Source: Blastocladiella emersonii ATCC 22665
Lineage: Eukaryota > Fungi > Blastocladiomycota
Reading direction: 5' to 3'
Assembly (NCBI GenBank): GCA_025594325.1
Contig: JANHCV010000001.1
Coordinates: 2,790,001 to 2,854,000 of the forward strand
DNA: 64,000 nucleotides
A program made the position numbers and the translations under genes. Under the pieces are notes generated by a model. The model was given only the letters and a program-made list of their open reading frames with translations. It had not been told where the DNA came from and did no database searches. Within the stretch, counting starts at the first letter, position 1; each line of letters starts with the position of its first letter. Positions 1 through 10,785 of the stretch are shown here, piece after piece.

Positions 1-904
1 CAAGACGCGCTCGGCTGCCGGTACGGCCGCTCGAATCGGCCACGGAAGCTCTGTCTTGCCCCTCCGGCGCGTCGCTCGGTATCCTGCGGTCTACGAACGC
101 GCTTCGTGGGCGGCAAGCCGGACAGCGTGGCAGTGCGGTGGCTTCCGCTCAGTCGGGCCATGGTGCCTGACCCGCCGGCGAGCGCGCCGCCGTCGTTCCG
201 TTCCGTGTAGGCATCTCGTTCAAGTCGCAGCTGCTGTACCTGATCGTGTTCCTGACGCGGTATCTGGACCTGTTCTACGCGTTCGTGTCCGTGTACAACT
301 CGGTGATGAAGATCACCTTCATTGGGTGCACGGCCTACGTCCTGTACCTCATGAAGACCAAGCTGCGCGCGACGTGGGACCCGGCGCTCGACACGTTCAA
401 GGTCGAGTACCTGCTGGGCGGGTCCGCCGTCATGGCCCTGGTCTTCCACTTCAAGTTCACCCTCTCCGAGGTGCGCCGCTCACGTGTCGTGGTTTCTCGA
501 GCGATCCGCTGCTAACCGTGCCCACGAACGCGAACGCGCGTGTATAGCTGCTCTGGAGCTTCTCGATCTGGCTCGAGGCCGTGGCCATCCTGCCGCAGCT
601 GTTCCAGCTGTCGCGCACGGGCCAGGCCGAGACCATCACGACGCACTACCTGTTCGCGCTCGGCGGGTACCGCGGCCTGTACCTCTTCAACTGGATCTGG
701 CGCTACTTCACCGAGGGCCACTGGGAATGGCTGCAGTTTGTCGCCGGCATGATCCAGACCGTCCTCTACGCCGACTTCTTCTACATCTACTTTACGCGGT
801 ACGTCGATCTGTTCCTCATCGTGGCCACGGTTGACTGACGGATGACCCATCGCACGCACGCCTCCAGGGTACTCCGTGGCAAGAAGTTCGAGCTTCCTCT
901 GTAA
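1..904 (+). CDS. ERD2: ER lumen protein-retaining (HDEL/KDEL) receptor, 5' end outside window
   Basis: Spliced exons 1-20, 211-470, 548-798 and 868-904 give [28 protein letters not shown]...[17 protein letters not shown]...[12 protein letters not shown]...GKKFELPL*. All introns are GT-AG. Confidence 0.95.
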
Positions 905-1140
905 CGAGGCCCTCGCCATCGAGTCGCTGCCGATCTCGGTTGGCCCATCCTGCACCACCTGGCATCACGAATGAATCATTTTTTCTCTTGGTTGACGCTG
1001 GGCCTGAGCCACTCGGGGCTGCGTCGTGTTTGGCTCGCTCGACGCTCCTGAAGCCAGCGAGCGACCTTCTCGCTTCCCCCTGCTTCGACATCCCATGTAA
1101 ACTGCCACGACACACAACGTAAACTACATGCAACGCAACC

Positions 1141-2937
1141 ATGATGCTGCGGACACTCGCCCGCGCCGGTCTCCGCCGATTCTCGACTTCATCGCTGGTC
1201 GCTACTGCTGCTGGGCCACGACGACCACCACCACCGGGCCGTGACAACAAGAAGGACTGGGCCGTTGCCCCTGTAGCCATCAAGCGAGAGAACTTTGACC
1301 CGCAAACGATCATCGACCGAAGGTTCCTCGCTGCCGTATCGGCGGGCTCGCTCGGCCTCGGCCTCCGTGCGCGAGAAGGAGAACCTGACGACCAGACCCT
1401 GTGCAACTTCATCGAGGTCCTCCTGAAGCCGAGCGCCACGACCAAGCAGCGCGACCTGCTGTGGCAAATGTACACGGACATCCGCGCCAGCAGCCCCCGG
1501 GGTGTCCTGGTGCAGCTCATCCCGCTCATTCCGCGGTTCCTCTCGCACCTGTCGTGCTCGTACCTCATCACCGACCAGGAGCGCATCCTGTCCATCTGCG
1601 ACGACGTCAAGGCCGCGCTGCGGCAGATGGACGGAAACTGCGTGTGCAGCCAATCCGCGGTCCTCGGCGACGCGCACAACCGCGAGATCCTCGCCAAACA
1701 CTGGATCTGCCGGGCACGAACGGACAAAACGCAAGTCAAAAAAACGAGAGGCCTGGTTGAGCGGCCGCGGTGCACCATCGCATCCGGGCACCTCACCCAG
1801 CGGGTCTTCGGGTACCGCATCGTGGCGCTCGCGCGGCTCGGGCGGCCCGACGACGCGCTGGCCGAGCTCGACGCGCACCTTGGCGTGAACCCGCGGATGC
1901 GCGAGTTCTCGGAGCACCACCTGTGCACGGTCATGGACGCGTTCGCGGCGCAGGGCCGCACCGAGCACGTCGTGAGCATGTACGAGCGGTACGCGGCGTG
2001 GCTCAACCGCAGCGCGCGCGCCGCCAACCTCGTGCTCGCGGCGCTCGTCCGCCGCAGCGACTTTGACACGGCCGTCGACGTGTTCGGCAAGCTCGACCCG
2101 GACCGCGTGCTCAATGCGACCCACGTCACGACACTCGCGTCGGGTCTCGTCGACGCCGGACACCCGCACGCCGCGCTGCAGCTGTACCAGTCGTTCCACA
2201 CGTCGCCCGTCGACTTTAAGACGGGCAGGACGGTCGGTCCGCCCAAGTTCATCCCCGACACGGCCGCCGTCACGGTCGCGATCCAGGCGTACGCGGCGCA
2301 GGGCAACATCGACGCCGCGCTGCACGTGTTCCGGTCCATGTTCCACTTCATGGCCCTGACCCAAAACCTGGCCGCCGCGACCGCGCTCCCCGTCACGGGC
2401 CCCGCGGTCCCCGAGTGGACGCACCTGCTGCCGACGGCGCGCACCTACGCCGCCGTCATCAAGGCGCTGCTCGCGGCCGGCCGCGTCGCCGACGCCGCCG
2501 CGATGCACCACGAGATGACCCGCGGCGAGGGCATGGTCGCGATCCCGACCACCACGAGCGTCATCCAGCACCTCCTGCGCGCGCTGCCGCCGGACGACGT
2601 CGAGGACGCGGTCGCGCAGGTCCTCGTCGACGCGATCCACGCCGGCGGCGTCCCCGACGCGCGCCTGACCGGGTGTCTCGCGGCCGCCGCGGGCCGCGGC
2701 CAGATCTCGCACGACGTAGTCAACGAGCTGCTCGGCGAGCACCGCGATATCGCGGCGCACCCCGTGGCTCAAGCAAAGCTCGACGCCACCAACGTGCACG
2801 AGCGCGCGTGGTCGCCGCTGCGCGGGTACGGGTCGAACTCCGCCAAGCAGCGGCGGCTGATCCGCGTCAAGCGGCGGCGCGCGCCGTTTGCGGTCTCGGC
2901 CGTGTTCAGGGCTCTCCCGGACTACGAGGGAGAATAG
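1141..2937 (+). CDS. Pentatricopeptide-repeat (PPR) protein, probably mitochondrial
   Basis: Arg/Ser-rich N-terminus resembling a mitochondrial presequence (MMLRTLARAGLRRFSTSS). PPR-like 35-mers such as TAAVTVAIQAYAAQGNIDAALHVFRSM and TARTYAAVIKALLAAGRVADAAAMHHEM. Confidence 0.75.
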   Translation: MMLRTLARAGLRRFSTSSLVATAAGPRRPPPPGRDNKKDWAVAPVAIKRENFDPQTIIDRRFLAAVSAGSLGLGLRAREGEPDDQTLCNFIEVLLKPSATTKQRDLLWQMYTDIRASSPRGVLVQLIPLIPRFLSHLSCSYLITDQERILSICDDVKAALRQMDGNCVCSQSAVLGDAHNREILAKHWICRARTDKTQVKKTRGLVERPRCTIASGHLTQRVFGYRIVALARLGRPDDALAELDAHLGVNPRMREFSEHHLCTVMDAFAAQGRTEHVVSMYERYAAWLNRSARAANLVLAALVRRSDFDTAVDVFGKLDPDRVLNATHVTTLASGLVDAGHPHAALQLYQSFHTSPVDFKTGRTVGPPKFIPDTAAVTVAIQAYAAQGNIDAALHVFRSMFHFMALTQNLAAATALPVTGPAVPEWTHLLPTARTYAAVIKALLAAGRVADAAAMHHEMTRGEGMVAIPTTTSVIQHLLRALPPDDVEDAVAQVLVDAIHAGGVPDARLTGCLAAAAGRGQISHDVVNELLGEHRDIAAHPVAQAKLDATNVHERAWSPLRGYGSNSAKQRRLIRVKRRRAPFAVSAVFRALPDYEGE

Positions 2938-2959
2938 TTTGACTAAATTATTGATTATA

Positions 2960-4516
2960 CTACTCCTGCCGCTCGTCGTCGTCCTCGCTCGCCTCGTCGT
3001 TCAGGAGATACCCACGAATCATGTCGAGCGCGGGGAACGCGACCTCGCGCGTCGCGAGCCCGCGCTTATCCTTGCGCTGCAACTCGCGCGTCATGGTCGC
3101 GCACCCGTGGCACACAGGGCGGCCGTCCTCGCGCGGCGCCCCCGCGCACATCCCGCACGCGTCGGCGCGCGTGCGCGACCACTCGCCCGCGACCGACTTG
3201 GTCTCGAGCCGCGCTGCCGTCCGGTACACGGCCGACGCGGTGCCCTCCTTGGACCGCTCGAGCGTGGCGAGGAACGTGTGCGTCAGCTGGTGGATCCCGA
3301 CCTTGAGGCCCGGCGGGCGGCTAGACGTCAGCGTCGGTAGCGGGATCACGTCCAGGCGCGCAAAGTGGCACCACAGCGCAAGCTCTTTGGTCGCGAACTG
3401 CGACATGGGCTGCAGGACCATCACTACATCGCGGAGTTCGGGTGAGGATGGGACTGCGCGTTCGTGCCGCGAGAGCAGCAAGCACCTTCGCCGGATGAGG
3501 TCGAGATCGTGTCAGCACCACGGAGCAGCAGCGGGATCCCAGCGCCGCGGCCCGCCACGGTTGCCGTGAGGACCGAGTGTGCGAGCGTAGACGTCGACGT
3601 GCCGAGGACGAGGTACTTGAACCCGCGGCGCGCCGCGACCTCAATGAGGAGCCGCCGGCGCAGGATCCGCAGCAGGTCTTCCTTGGCCGACACGGACGGT
3701 GTGCCGTTGAAGAGGTCGGCGAGGAGCTCCTCGGCAGAGGTCCCGTTCGGTCGCTCTGAATGATTTTACGTCAGTACGCCGGTTTGGGAGGGTTCACGCG
3801 GAGAGCGCACCAGTAACCGACACGTCGAGTCCAGCGGCGACGCAGATCTCGGTCGGGCTCGCGTAGTCAAAGATGGCGGAGAGCTTGACGGTGGTGAGCG
3901 GCAGCGAGTACGACGCGACCGCCGCGGCTATCCGCTCGTCAAACGACTACACGCGAGGACAGTGTGAGTTCTCGACACGGCGGGATCGACTGACCCGCAA
4001 AACCGTACCGGATCGTGCGGAATCACCTCAGACTCGTCAATACAGACGACCTCGCCCGTCGTGAACATGCGCGGCTTACGCGGGTCGGTTGTGACGGCGA
4101 GGCGGGCAGCCATCAGGTCGAGCATCGTCCTACACCCGCCCCAATCGTCAGCCGTCGGCTCTCACGCGCTACAGCATCGAGTCAGCGTACCGTGAGGCAG
4201 TCCCGCCCGAGAACGCCATGAGCACACGCCCCTCGCCGCCGGGCGGGACCATGGGCAGGCGCAGGCGCACGACCGAGTCGGCAAACTTCTCGCCCGTGAT
4301 GGCCATGAAGCAGTCGCGGCAGTACACGGCCTGGCGCACCGCGAGCGTCGCCTTGCCCGTCTTGCACTTCTTGCAGAAGCCCGGCTCGGCCTCGGCGACG
4401 CGGGGCGCGCCGCCGCCGCCCCCGTTGCCCTTGGCCGGCCGCTTCCCCCGGCTGTTGTTGGTCTCTGCCGGCGAGCTCGGCATCGGCTCGGAATCGTCTT
4501 GCATGCGGTCGCACAT
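2960..4516 (-). CDS. CTU2: Cytoplasmic tRNA 2-thiolation protein 2 (multi-exon)
   Basis: N-terminal CxxC...CxxC (CKKC, YCRDC), VLMAFSGGTASR, KEDLLRILRRRLL...LVLGTSTSTLAHSVL...GRG, and C-terminal CGMC / CHGC. Introns near 4126-4188, 3950-4015 and 3763-3822. Confidence 0.88.
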
Positions 4517-4638
4517 GGTGGTTCAGTCGTGATGCATGGGGCGATCCATTCGGGTGCGGAGAGCGACGACCGCGCGAAGATCAAACCGGAGGGCGAGTCG
4601 GGTTCCCAAGTTCAAACAGTTCCCTCTGCGTCGATCTA

Positions 4639-6615
4639 TTATTCCACAGACAGCATATCGAGCGGGGCCGACAGTCGCGCCTCGACCGAGCTTGTGATAG
4701 TGTCGTCAGCGCGCTTCTCGTGGCTGGCGGCCGTGTCCTTGAGCCCGAGGTAGGTGGCGGCCTGCGCCAGGAACAGCTGGGCCTTGGTCTGGTGGACGGC
4801 GGCCTGGGTGAGCGGCGTGAGCGGCGACGTCGACTTGAGCAGGATCTGGCCGAGGCGCGTCGAGTACGCCGCGAGGTTGGCGTCGAGCGCGATGCGCACG
4901 GCCGGCAGCGGCTCGCGCACGTACGGGTCCTCCTCGTCGGGGCTCTCGTACTCGGGCTCCGACTCGGGCTCCGACTCGGACGACGACTCCTCGGACTCGC
5001 TGCCGCCCTGCGACGTGGCCGCGTCGTCCACGTCCATGTCGTCGTCGCCCTCGCCCTCGTCCTCCTCGTCGCTCGACGGGCCGCCGAGCACGCTGTACAT
5101 GGTCTTGGTGTACGGCTTGGGCGGGACGGGCAGCCGTGGCGGCGGCCGCACCTTGCTCTTGCTGCCCTTGGCCGAGCCCTGCAGGCTGTCGTCCTCGCTG
5201 ACCTCCACCTCGACCTCCGACTTGGGCTCGGGGGTGAGGGCGCGCGCGGCGTCGTCGGACGGCGCAGCGGGGGTTGGTGCGCGTGCAGACACGGGCGCGG
5301 GTTTCACGGCGGCAGGCGACGGCGCGCGCACGGCCTCGGCGACCTTGGCGGGCTTCACGGGGGACGCGGCCTTGGACTTGGCGGCGTCCGACAGGTTCTC
5401 CCAGTCCGAGTCAGCGCCGGGCGTTGGGGCGCGCACGGCGGCGGCGGCAGCGGCCTTGGCGACCGATGGCGCGAGCGGGAGGTCGGCGACGGCCGAGAAC
5501 TCTGGTGCGGGGGTGAATCCGGGCGACGGCGGCGGGAAGTAGTCGGGGCGCGGGAGGTTATTGAGCCGGCGTTCCTCGGGCGCGTCGCACGACCGCGCCG
5601 GGTGGTCGGGCGACCCGCACGCGTAGCACGCCGTGTCGCCGAACCGCGTCAGGAACACGGCGTACTCGGCGACGCGGATGTGGTCGGCGGCAGCGAGCGC
5701 CTCGGTCACGGCGTTGGGCGTCTTGAAGATGACGCGTGCCGTGCGCAGAGGTACCGCCGGGTCGAACGGCGCGTCGACGTAGTTGCCGTACAGCGCCGGG
5801 TGCGCGCCGCCGAGCAGGCTGAGCAGGTCCCGGATCGGCGTCTTGTCGGGGACCGCGTGCAGCAGCAGCGTGGCGTCGCGCTCGTCGCGCAGCGCCTGGT
5901 CGATGTTGGTCGTCATGGGCCATGCGCGCAGGGTGCAGCTCTTGGTGTCGACGGTCATGCCCGGGTCGGCGGCGACCGAATCGGCGTACCCGACGCGGTC
6001 GACGACCACAGACAGCACCGTGCGCTCGTCGTCGCCCGGGCGCTTGGCCATGCTGACGATGGCGGCAAAGTTGTTGAACATGGCATTGAGGTCGGCGAGG
6101 ATCACGTCGCGCGGGAGCGCGCCCGTCGGGCCCGTCAGGTACAGCTCGGCGATGCCGTTCTCGCGCTCGGGGTCGGTCACATCGACGACGGGGACGTAGG
6201 TGGAGCGGAACGCGAACCCGCGCAACCGCAGCGTCGAGTCAAGGTCGCGGTCGACCGACAGCACCACGACGGGGCGGCCGAACACGGACCGGATCGTCGC
6301 CTTACTCGACTTGTGCGTCATATGGCGCAGCGCCTCGGTCAGCACGTTGGCGCGCTCCGACGGCTTGGTGGGCAGCCCGCGCAGGAACAGGAGGTTGGCC
6401 GCGTACGAGTTGCACCGCGACGGCCACCCGCGCGACAGCATGTCGGCGGGCCGGTTGCTGGGCGGCGCGCTCGGCGCCACGGGCGGCAGGGGCATGGCGG
6501 GCATGGCGGGCATGGCGTACGGGGCGGCCGGCATCGACGGCGGCGCGACCTGGGCAACGTCGGCCCACGACGCGGGCGCCGCCCTCCACTGGCCCGTGGG
6601 TGCGGTCGAGTACAT
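4639..6615 (-). CDS. Intronless RRM-like x3 + CCHC zinc-knuckle protein (retroelement ORF1/Gag-like) with Pro/Ala-rich and acidic tail
   Basis: ORF 4639..6735; likely ATG at 6615 (MYSTAP). CYACGSPDHPARSC = CX2CX4HX4C at 5588-5629. RRM-like segments: LLFLRGLP, ELYLTGPT, LLLHAVP...ARVIFKT. Confidence 0.65.
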   Translation of the reverse strand: MYSTAPTGQWRAAPASWADVAQVAPPSMPAAPYAMPAMPAMPLPPVAPSAPPSNRPADMLSRGWPSRCNSYAANLLFLRGLPTKPSERANVLTEALRHMTHKSSKATIRSVFGRPVVVLSVDRDLDSTLRLRGFAFRSTYVPVVDVTDPERENGIAELYLTGPTGALPRDVILADLNAMFNNFAAIVSMAKRPGDDERTVLSVVVDRVGYADSVAADPGMTVDTKSCTLRAWPMTTNIDQALRDERDATLLLHAVPDKTPIRDLLSLLGGAHPALYGNYVDAPFDPAVPLRTARVIFKTPNAVTEALAAADHIRVAEYAVFLTRFGDTACYACGSPDHPARSCDAPEERRLNNLPRPDYFPPPSPGFTPAPEFSAVADLPLAPSVAKAAAAAAVRAPTPGADSDWENLSDAAKSKAASPVKPAKVAEAVRAPSPAAVKPAPVSARAPTPAAPSDDAARALTPEPKSEVEVEVSEDDSLQGSAKGSKSKVRPPPRLPVPPKPYTKTMYSVLGGPSSDEEDEGEGDDDMDVDDAATSQGGSESEESSSESEPESEPEYESPDEEDPYVREPLPAVRIALDANLAAYSTRLGQILLKSTSPLTPLTQAAVHQTKAQLFLAQAATYLGLKDTAASHEKRADDTITSSVEARLSAPLDMLSVE

Positions 6616-6831
6616 TGCAACAAGTGGGCGGCGGCGGCAGCTGCGGCGGGGTGCGCGGGGCCTTGGTGTTGAGCGAGAGCGGCGCGGCGCGGTGGTGGCT
6701 GGCTGCCGGCTGTGCGATGCGACTGCCGCCGACATGCACTCGCTGCGGCGGAGCCGACCCCGCCCGCGTCTATCATGGTGTGCTCGCCATTATGAGACAT
6801 GGAACACATATACTCTGGAATACCATCAAAC

Positions 6832-9800
6832 TCATCGCGCGTCGCGCGCCATGGCCAGATCCGCGCGCTCCTCGTAAAAGTCGCCGCCGCGGAGCATGCC
6901 CGGGTCGCCGTTCTGCTCGAGGTACGCGCGGAGTCCGCGCTCGCAGAGCTCCTGGGCGACCTCGGCCGCATCCCCCTCGACCTCGATGCGCTTGAGCAAG
7001 TAGTGGATGTCGAGGACCAGCTGCGTGACGCTGCTGACGTGGATCGCCGCCGCGGGCACGCCCGTGGCCGCGCCCGCCGACAGCACGCGGTGCACGAGGG
7101 CCTCGGTCGGGTGCGACGCCACGAACCGCCGCACCGCGCGCGACGGCAGCATCGTGCCGAGGTTCGGGTCCGACGGCGACCGCGCCAGCCGCCCGAGGTG
7201 GAACAGCGACGCGTAGTCGGCGAAGGGGGACCGCGACCGCGGCCGCGAGATGGACCCCGACGACCCGCCCGACGGCGACAGCTGGCTGTGGCTCCCGCTC
7301 GCGCTGCGCGACATGCCGTGTTGTGGGCTCGACCGCCCGCTGCCGTGGTGGCTCCCGCCCGCGCTGCCCCCGCCGCCGCCGCCGCCGCTTGCCGCGAGGT
7401 TCGGCACCGACCCGGCCGATGCCGCCTCGAACCGCGCCGCGGCGCGCGCGACCGCCGACTGCATCTCCGGGTTGGACCGGTCGCGCGTGGGCCGGCGCGG
7501 GCGGCGGCCGGGCTCGGCGTTGACGGACGGCGACGGCGGCGCGTCGCTGAACCCGCCGTTGCTGCTGGGCACGCGCGCGTGGCTGCTGCGCCCACCTCCG
7601 CCGCCGCTGCTGGCTGCTGAGGGCCGGCGCGGGAGGTCCGCGTCGGAGGGCGGTGGTGCGTTGCCCGTATTGCGGGGCGACGTGGGGCTCATGGCCGCGC
7701 CCGACGGCGACCGCGAGAGGGGCGCCGACGACGGCGGCGTGAACCCGGGCACCGAGCCGGCCTCGCGGACCGCGTTCGAGAGCTGCGTGCGCAGCGCGGC
7801 GAGCGCGGGGACCTTGGCCTTGTACTGCTTCTCGACCTGGTTGACCACCTTGGCCAGGAACAGCTGGATCGTGAACTTGAGGTTGGCTACCACCGCCGCC
7901 TTCTGCGCCGGCTCGAGCGGCTTCTCGCGGAATACCTGAAGCTGCCAGTTGACGAACGCCTCGAACAGGCCCGATATGCAGCCCGTGATCTGCGACTGGA
8001 ACTAGAGGTGTGGCCATCGGGCGTCAGCGAGCGCGCTAGTGGGTGAAGGTCGCCACGGTCAAGCACGTACCGCCTGCAGCCCGTGGAAGAACTTGGTGTG
8101 GGTCAAAAAGTCGAGCATCGTCTTGCAGAACTGCATCATGGACCGCGTGATGCCGTCGTTGTAGTCTACCGACCGGCCACGGTCGCAGAGTCAGTCGACC
8201 GCCCTCGCCAGCTGCCCAGAACACCGTACCGTTCTTGATCGGGTCGAACGTGTCCTCGATGATAGACCGTGCCACGAGCTCGGCGCACTGGCGCTCAAAC
8301 ACCTCGATAGCCTTGGCGACGTTTTCCTGGACGCCGTTCCAGAACACAAACTCGAGGTCGAGCCCGATCGCGCGGAGGGTGCGGATATGGTCGACGCTGG
8401 CCTCGAGACACGCGATGATGACGGCGAGCGACTCGTCGCCGACCTGGCGGACGCACGCGCGCGCGAGCTCGTGGAGCTGGTCCTTGGCCCACTGCGCGAG
8501 GAAACTGGCCATAGCGGGCTCCGGGATCGCCTCGCGGTACCACTCGGCCGTGGTGTGGATCCCGGCGACGACAACGTGCCCGAGCTCGCGCACGTACGCC
8601 GCGAGGTCGCCCTGGAACCGGATCGCGCGCCCGGCGTCGCGGATCACGGTCCCGCGCACCGCCAGGAACGCGTCGCGCGCCTGCGCCGTCTGGCCCAGCT
8701 GAATCAGCCGGTGCAGCGTCTTGAGCACGGGCCGCTTCGACCCGGACCCGCCGTTCAGCGTCAGGTCCCGCAGCAGCGCCGTCGACAGGAGCTGGACGCG
8801 CGGCGGGAGGTGTGCGGGCGCCGTGCTCTTGAGCGCGCGCACCAGGTCGAGCGCGCGGTCAAAGTCGCGGCTGGCGATGTACACGTCGAGGTCGTCGAGC
8901 TGGTCCTGGACCTTAGCGTCGAGCTCCTTGGCGTTGAGCTGCCGCGGCGGGCGTGTCGGCGACGCGGGCCCGCGCGACGTACGGTCGACGGCGCTGCCGA
9001 CCTCGGACCCCGTCCCATCCTGCTGGCCGGCCTGGCCCGACGCGAGCCGCGCCGCGGCCCCGCTCGCACCGCCGCCACCGCCGCTGCCACCGCCGCCCCA
9101 GTCCTCGATCTGGCGCTTGATCAGCTGCAGCCACATCTTCTTGTCTGCGTGGGCGTCGCACCGGAACACGAACTGCGTCGCGTTGCGGACGACCTTGAAC
9201 GCGCACGACACGTCGGGGGTGTCGCGGACGTCGAGCACCGTGATCTCGTTGAGCGACCAGCACTTGTCGGCGACGAACTTGGACTTGATCCCACGGCGGC
9301 GCTTGGCCGCGACGAACAAAAAGTCGTTGAGCAGGTACACCTGAACCGACGACTTGAACCGGAACTGCGCGTCGAGCTCGATGAGCGACCCGGTATGCAC
9401 GAGGATGCGGTTCGCGTTGGCCGGCATGGCCTTGGCCGCGTTCTCGACCGTGTCGTACATGAGCTGGAGCTGCTCGCGCTGGCCGGCGCCGCCCGCGCGC
9501 GCGGCCTCGCTCACGGGGATCGCCGAGTTGAGCTGCATCTGCGAAGACGCCAGGTTCTCGCTCGACCCGTTGCCGTCCTCGCCGCCGATCCCCGTCGCAA
9601 CGCGAAAATTCTCGTGCACCGACCGCATGTCCGACAGTAGCCCGCACAGCACCAGCATGTCGGTCTCGAGCTGCGAGATCTCCTTGGAGATGACGACAAA
9701 CTCCGAGTAGTTCTTGTACACGTTGGCCTTGAGGTCGTTGGCCGCGCCGTCGCGCGCATCGACCAGCCGACGGTAGAAGTTGCGCACGCCCTCCTCGGTG

Positions 9801-10354
9801 TTGCTGTGCAGCGCCGACAGGATGTCTACGCCCGAGACATTAGCGTACGGTTCACGCCCACGCGCATGCCAGTCCGTACACTCGTTGGGATCAAATGCCT
9901 CGTCGAGAAACCGCTGCTGGTCAATCTCGACAAACGCGCCGCCGCTGGGCCCGCGGGACCGGCTTCCGTCGCCGGCGCCGAGCGAGAACTTGCGCAGGCC
10001 CGCGACCATGCCCTCGGCCGGCCCGCCGCGCCGATCCGACCCGCCGCCGTTGTTCGTCGGACTCGCCTCGCTGCCACCTCCACTCCCGCCGCCCGTCGTC
10101 AGCGACTTCCAGTTTCCACTCCCAAACTTGGCCGCCCACGACTTATCGCGCTTGTGCCCGGGCGCGCCAGCGGCGGCACGCCGCGCGTCCGACTTCTTGG
10201 GCGGCGTAGCGGGCGAAGAACCTGGCGCGGGCGAGTTGGTTGTCGACGAGCCGGCAGCCCCTGCAAGCGCAGCACGCGCTTCGGCGACACCGGCGCCGCG
10301 CGCACGGTCGCGGTCGCGGCGCGGGACCGTGGGCGACGGCGAGGTATCGGCCAT
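6832..10354 (-). CDS. EXO84: Exocyst complex component Exo84 (multi-exon)
   Basis: Vps51-like segment (FLDEAFDPNE...DLKANVYKNYSEFVVISKEISQLE), PH domain (VYLLNDFLFVA...FVFRCDAHADKKMWL), helical C-terminus ending QLVLDIHYL. Joined across introns near 9826-9879, 8167-8225 and 8003-8069. Confidence 0.9.
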
Positions 10355-10785
10355 GAATGGATGTCACTCGCTCGGTTCAGTTGCATGGAGCGCGGGATGC
10401 GCTGCGATGGAATCCGCGGCGAGCAGGGGAGGCGAGCGAAGGCGGCGCGAAGTGGCGCAGGCCGCGGGACGCGTCGCTGGCCACTCGACCCACGTGAACC
10501 TGACCACCGCGCCTCACCGCTTCCTTCGCCGACGCGAGCCGTCCGGGGTCAAGAAAAAAGTGTAATCCGTGTATGCTGGAACGTCAAAACAACAAAACGA
10601 GAGGATGGCAGGGGTAGACAAAATAAGAATAGAGAGGGGGGAAGGGGAGGGGAGGAGGTGTAGGTTGGTGGTGGGGGGTAATCACGGCACTCTTACGCGC
10701 GCGCGCCGTCGCGTCGCCGCGTCGGTTCGGTCTTGTCCTACTCGGTGTACTGTACTCTGGTGGTGGTCGTGGTGGTCGTGGTCAT

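Noticed and set aside
4517-6831. Active or complete retrotransposon
   Set aside because: No RT, integrase, endonuclease, LTR, poly-A tail or target-site duplication is present, and there is no space for them.
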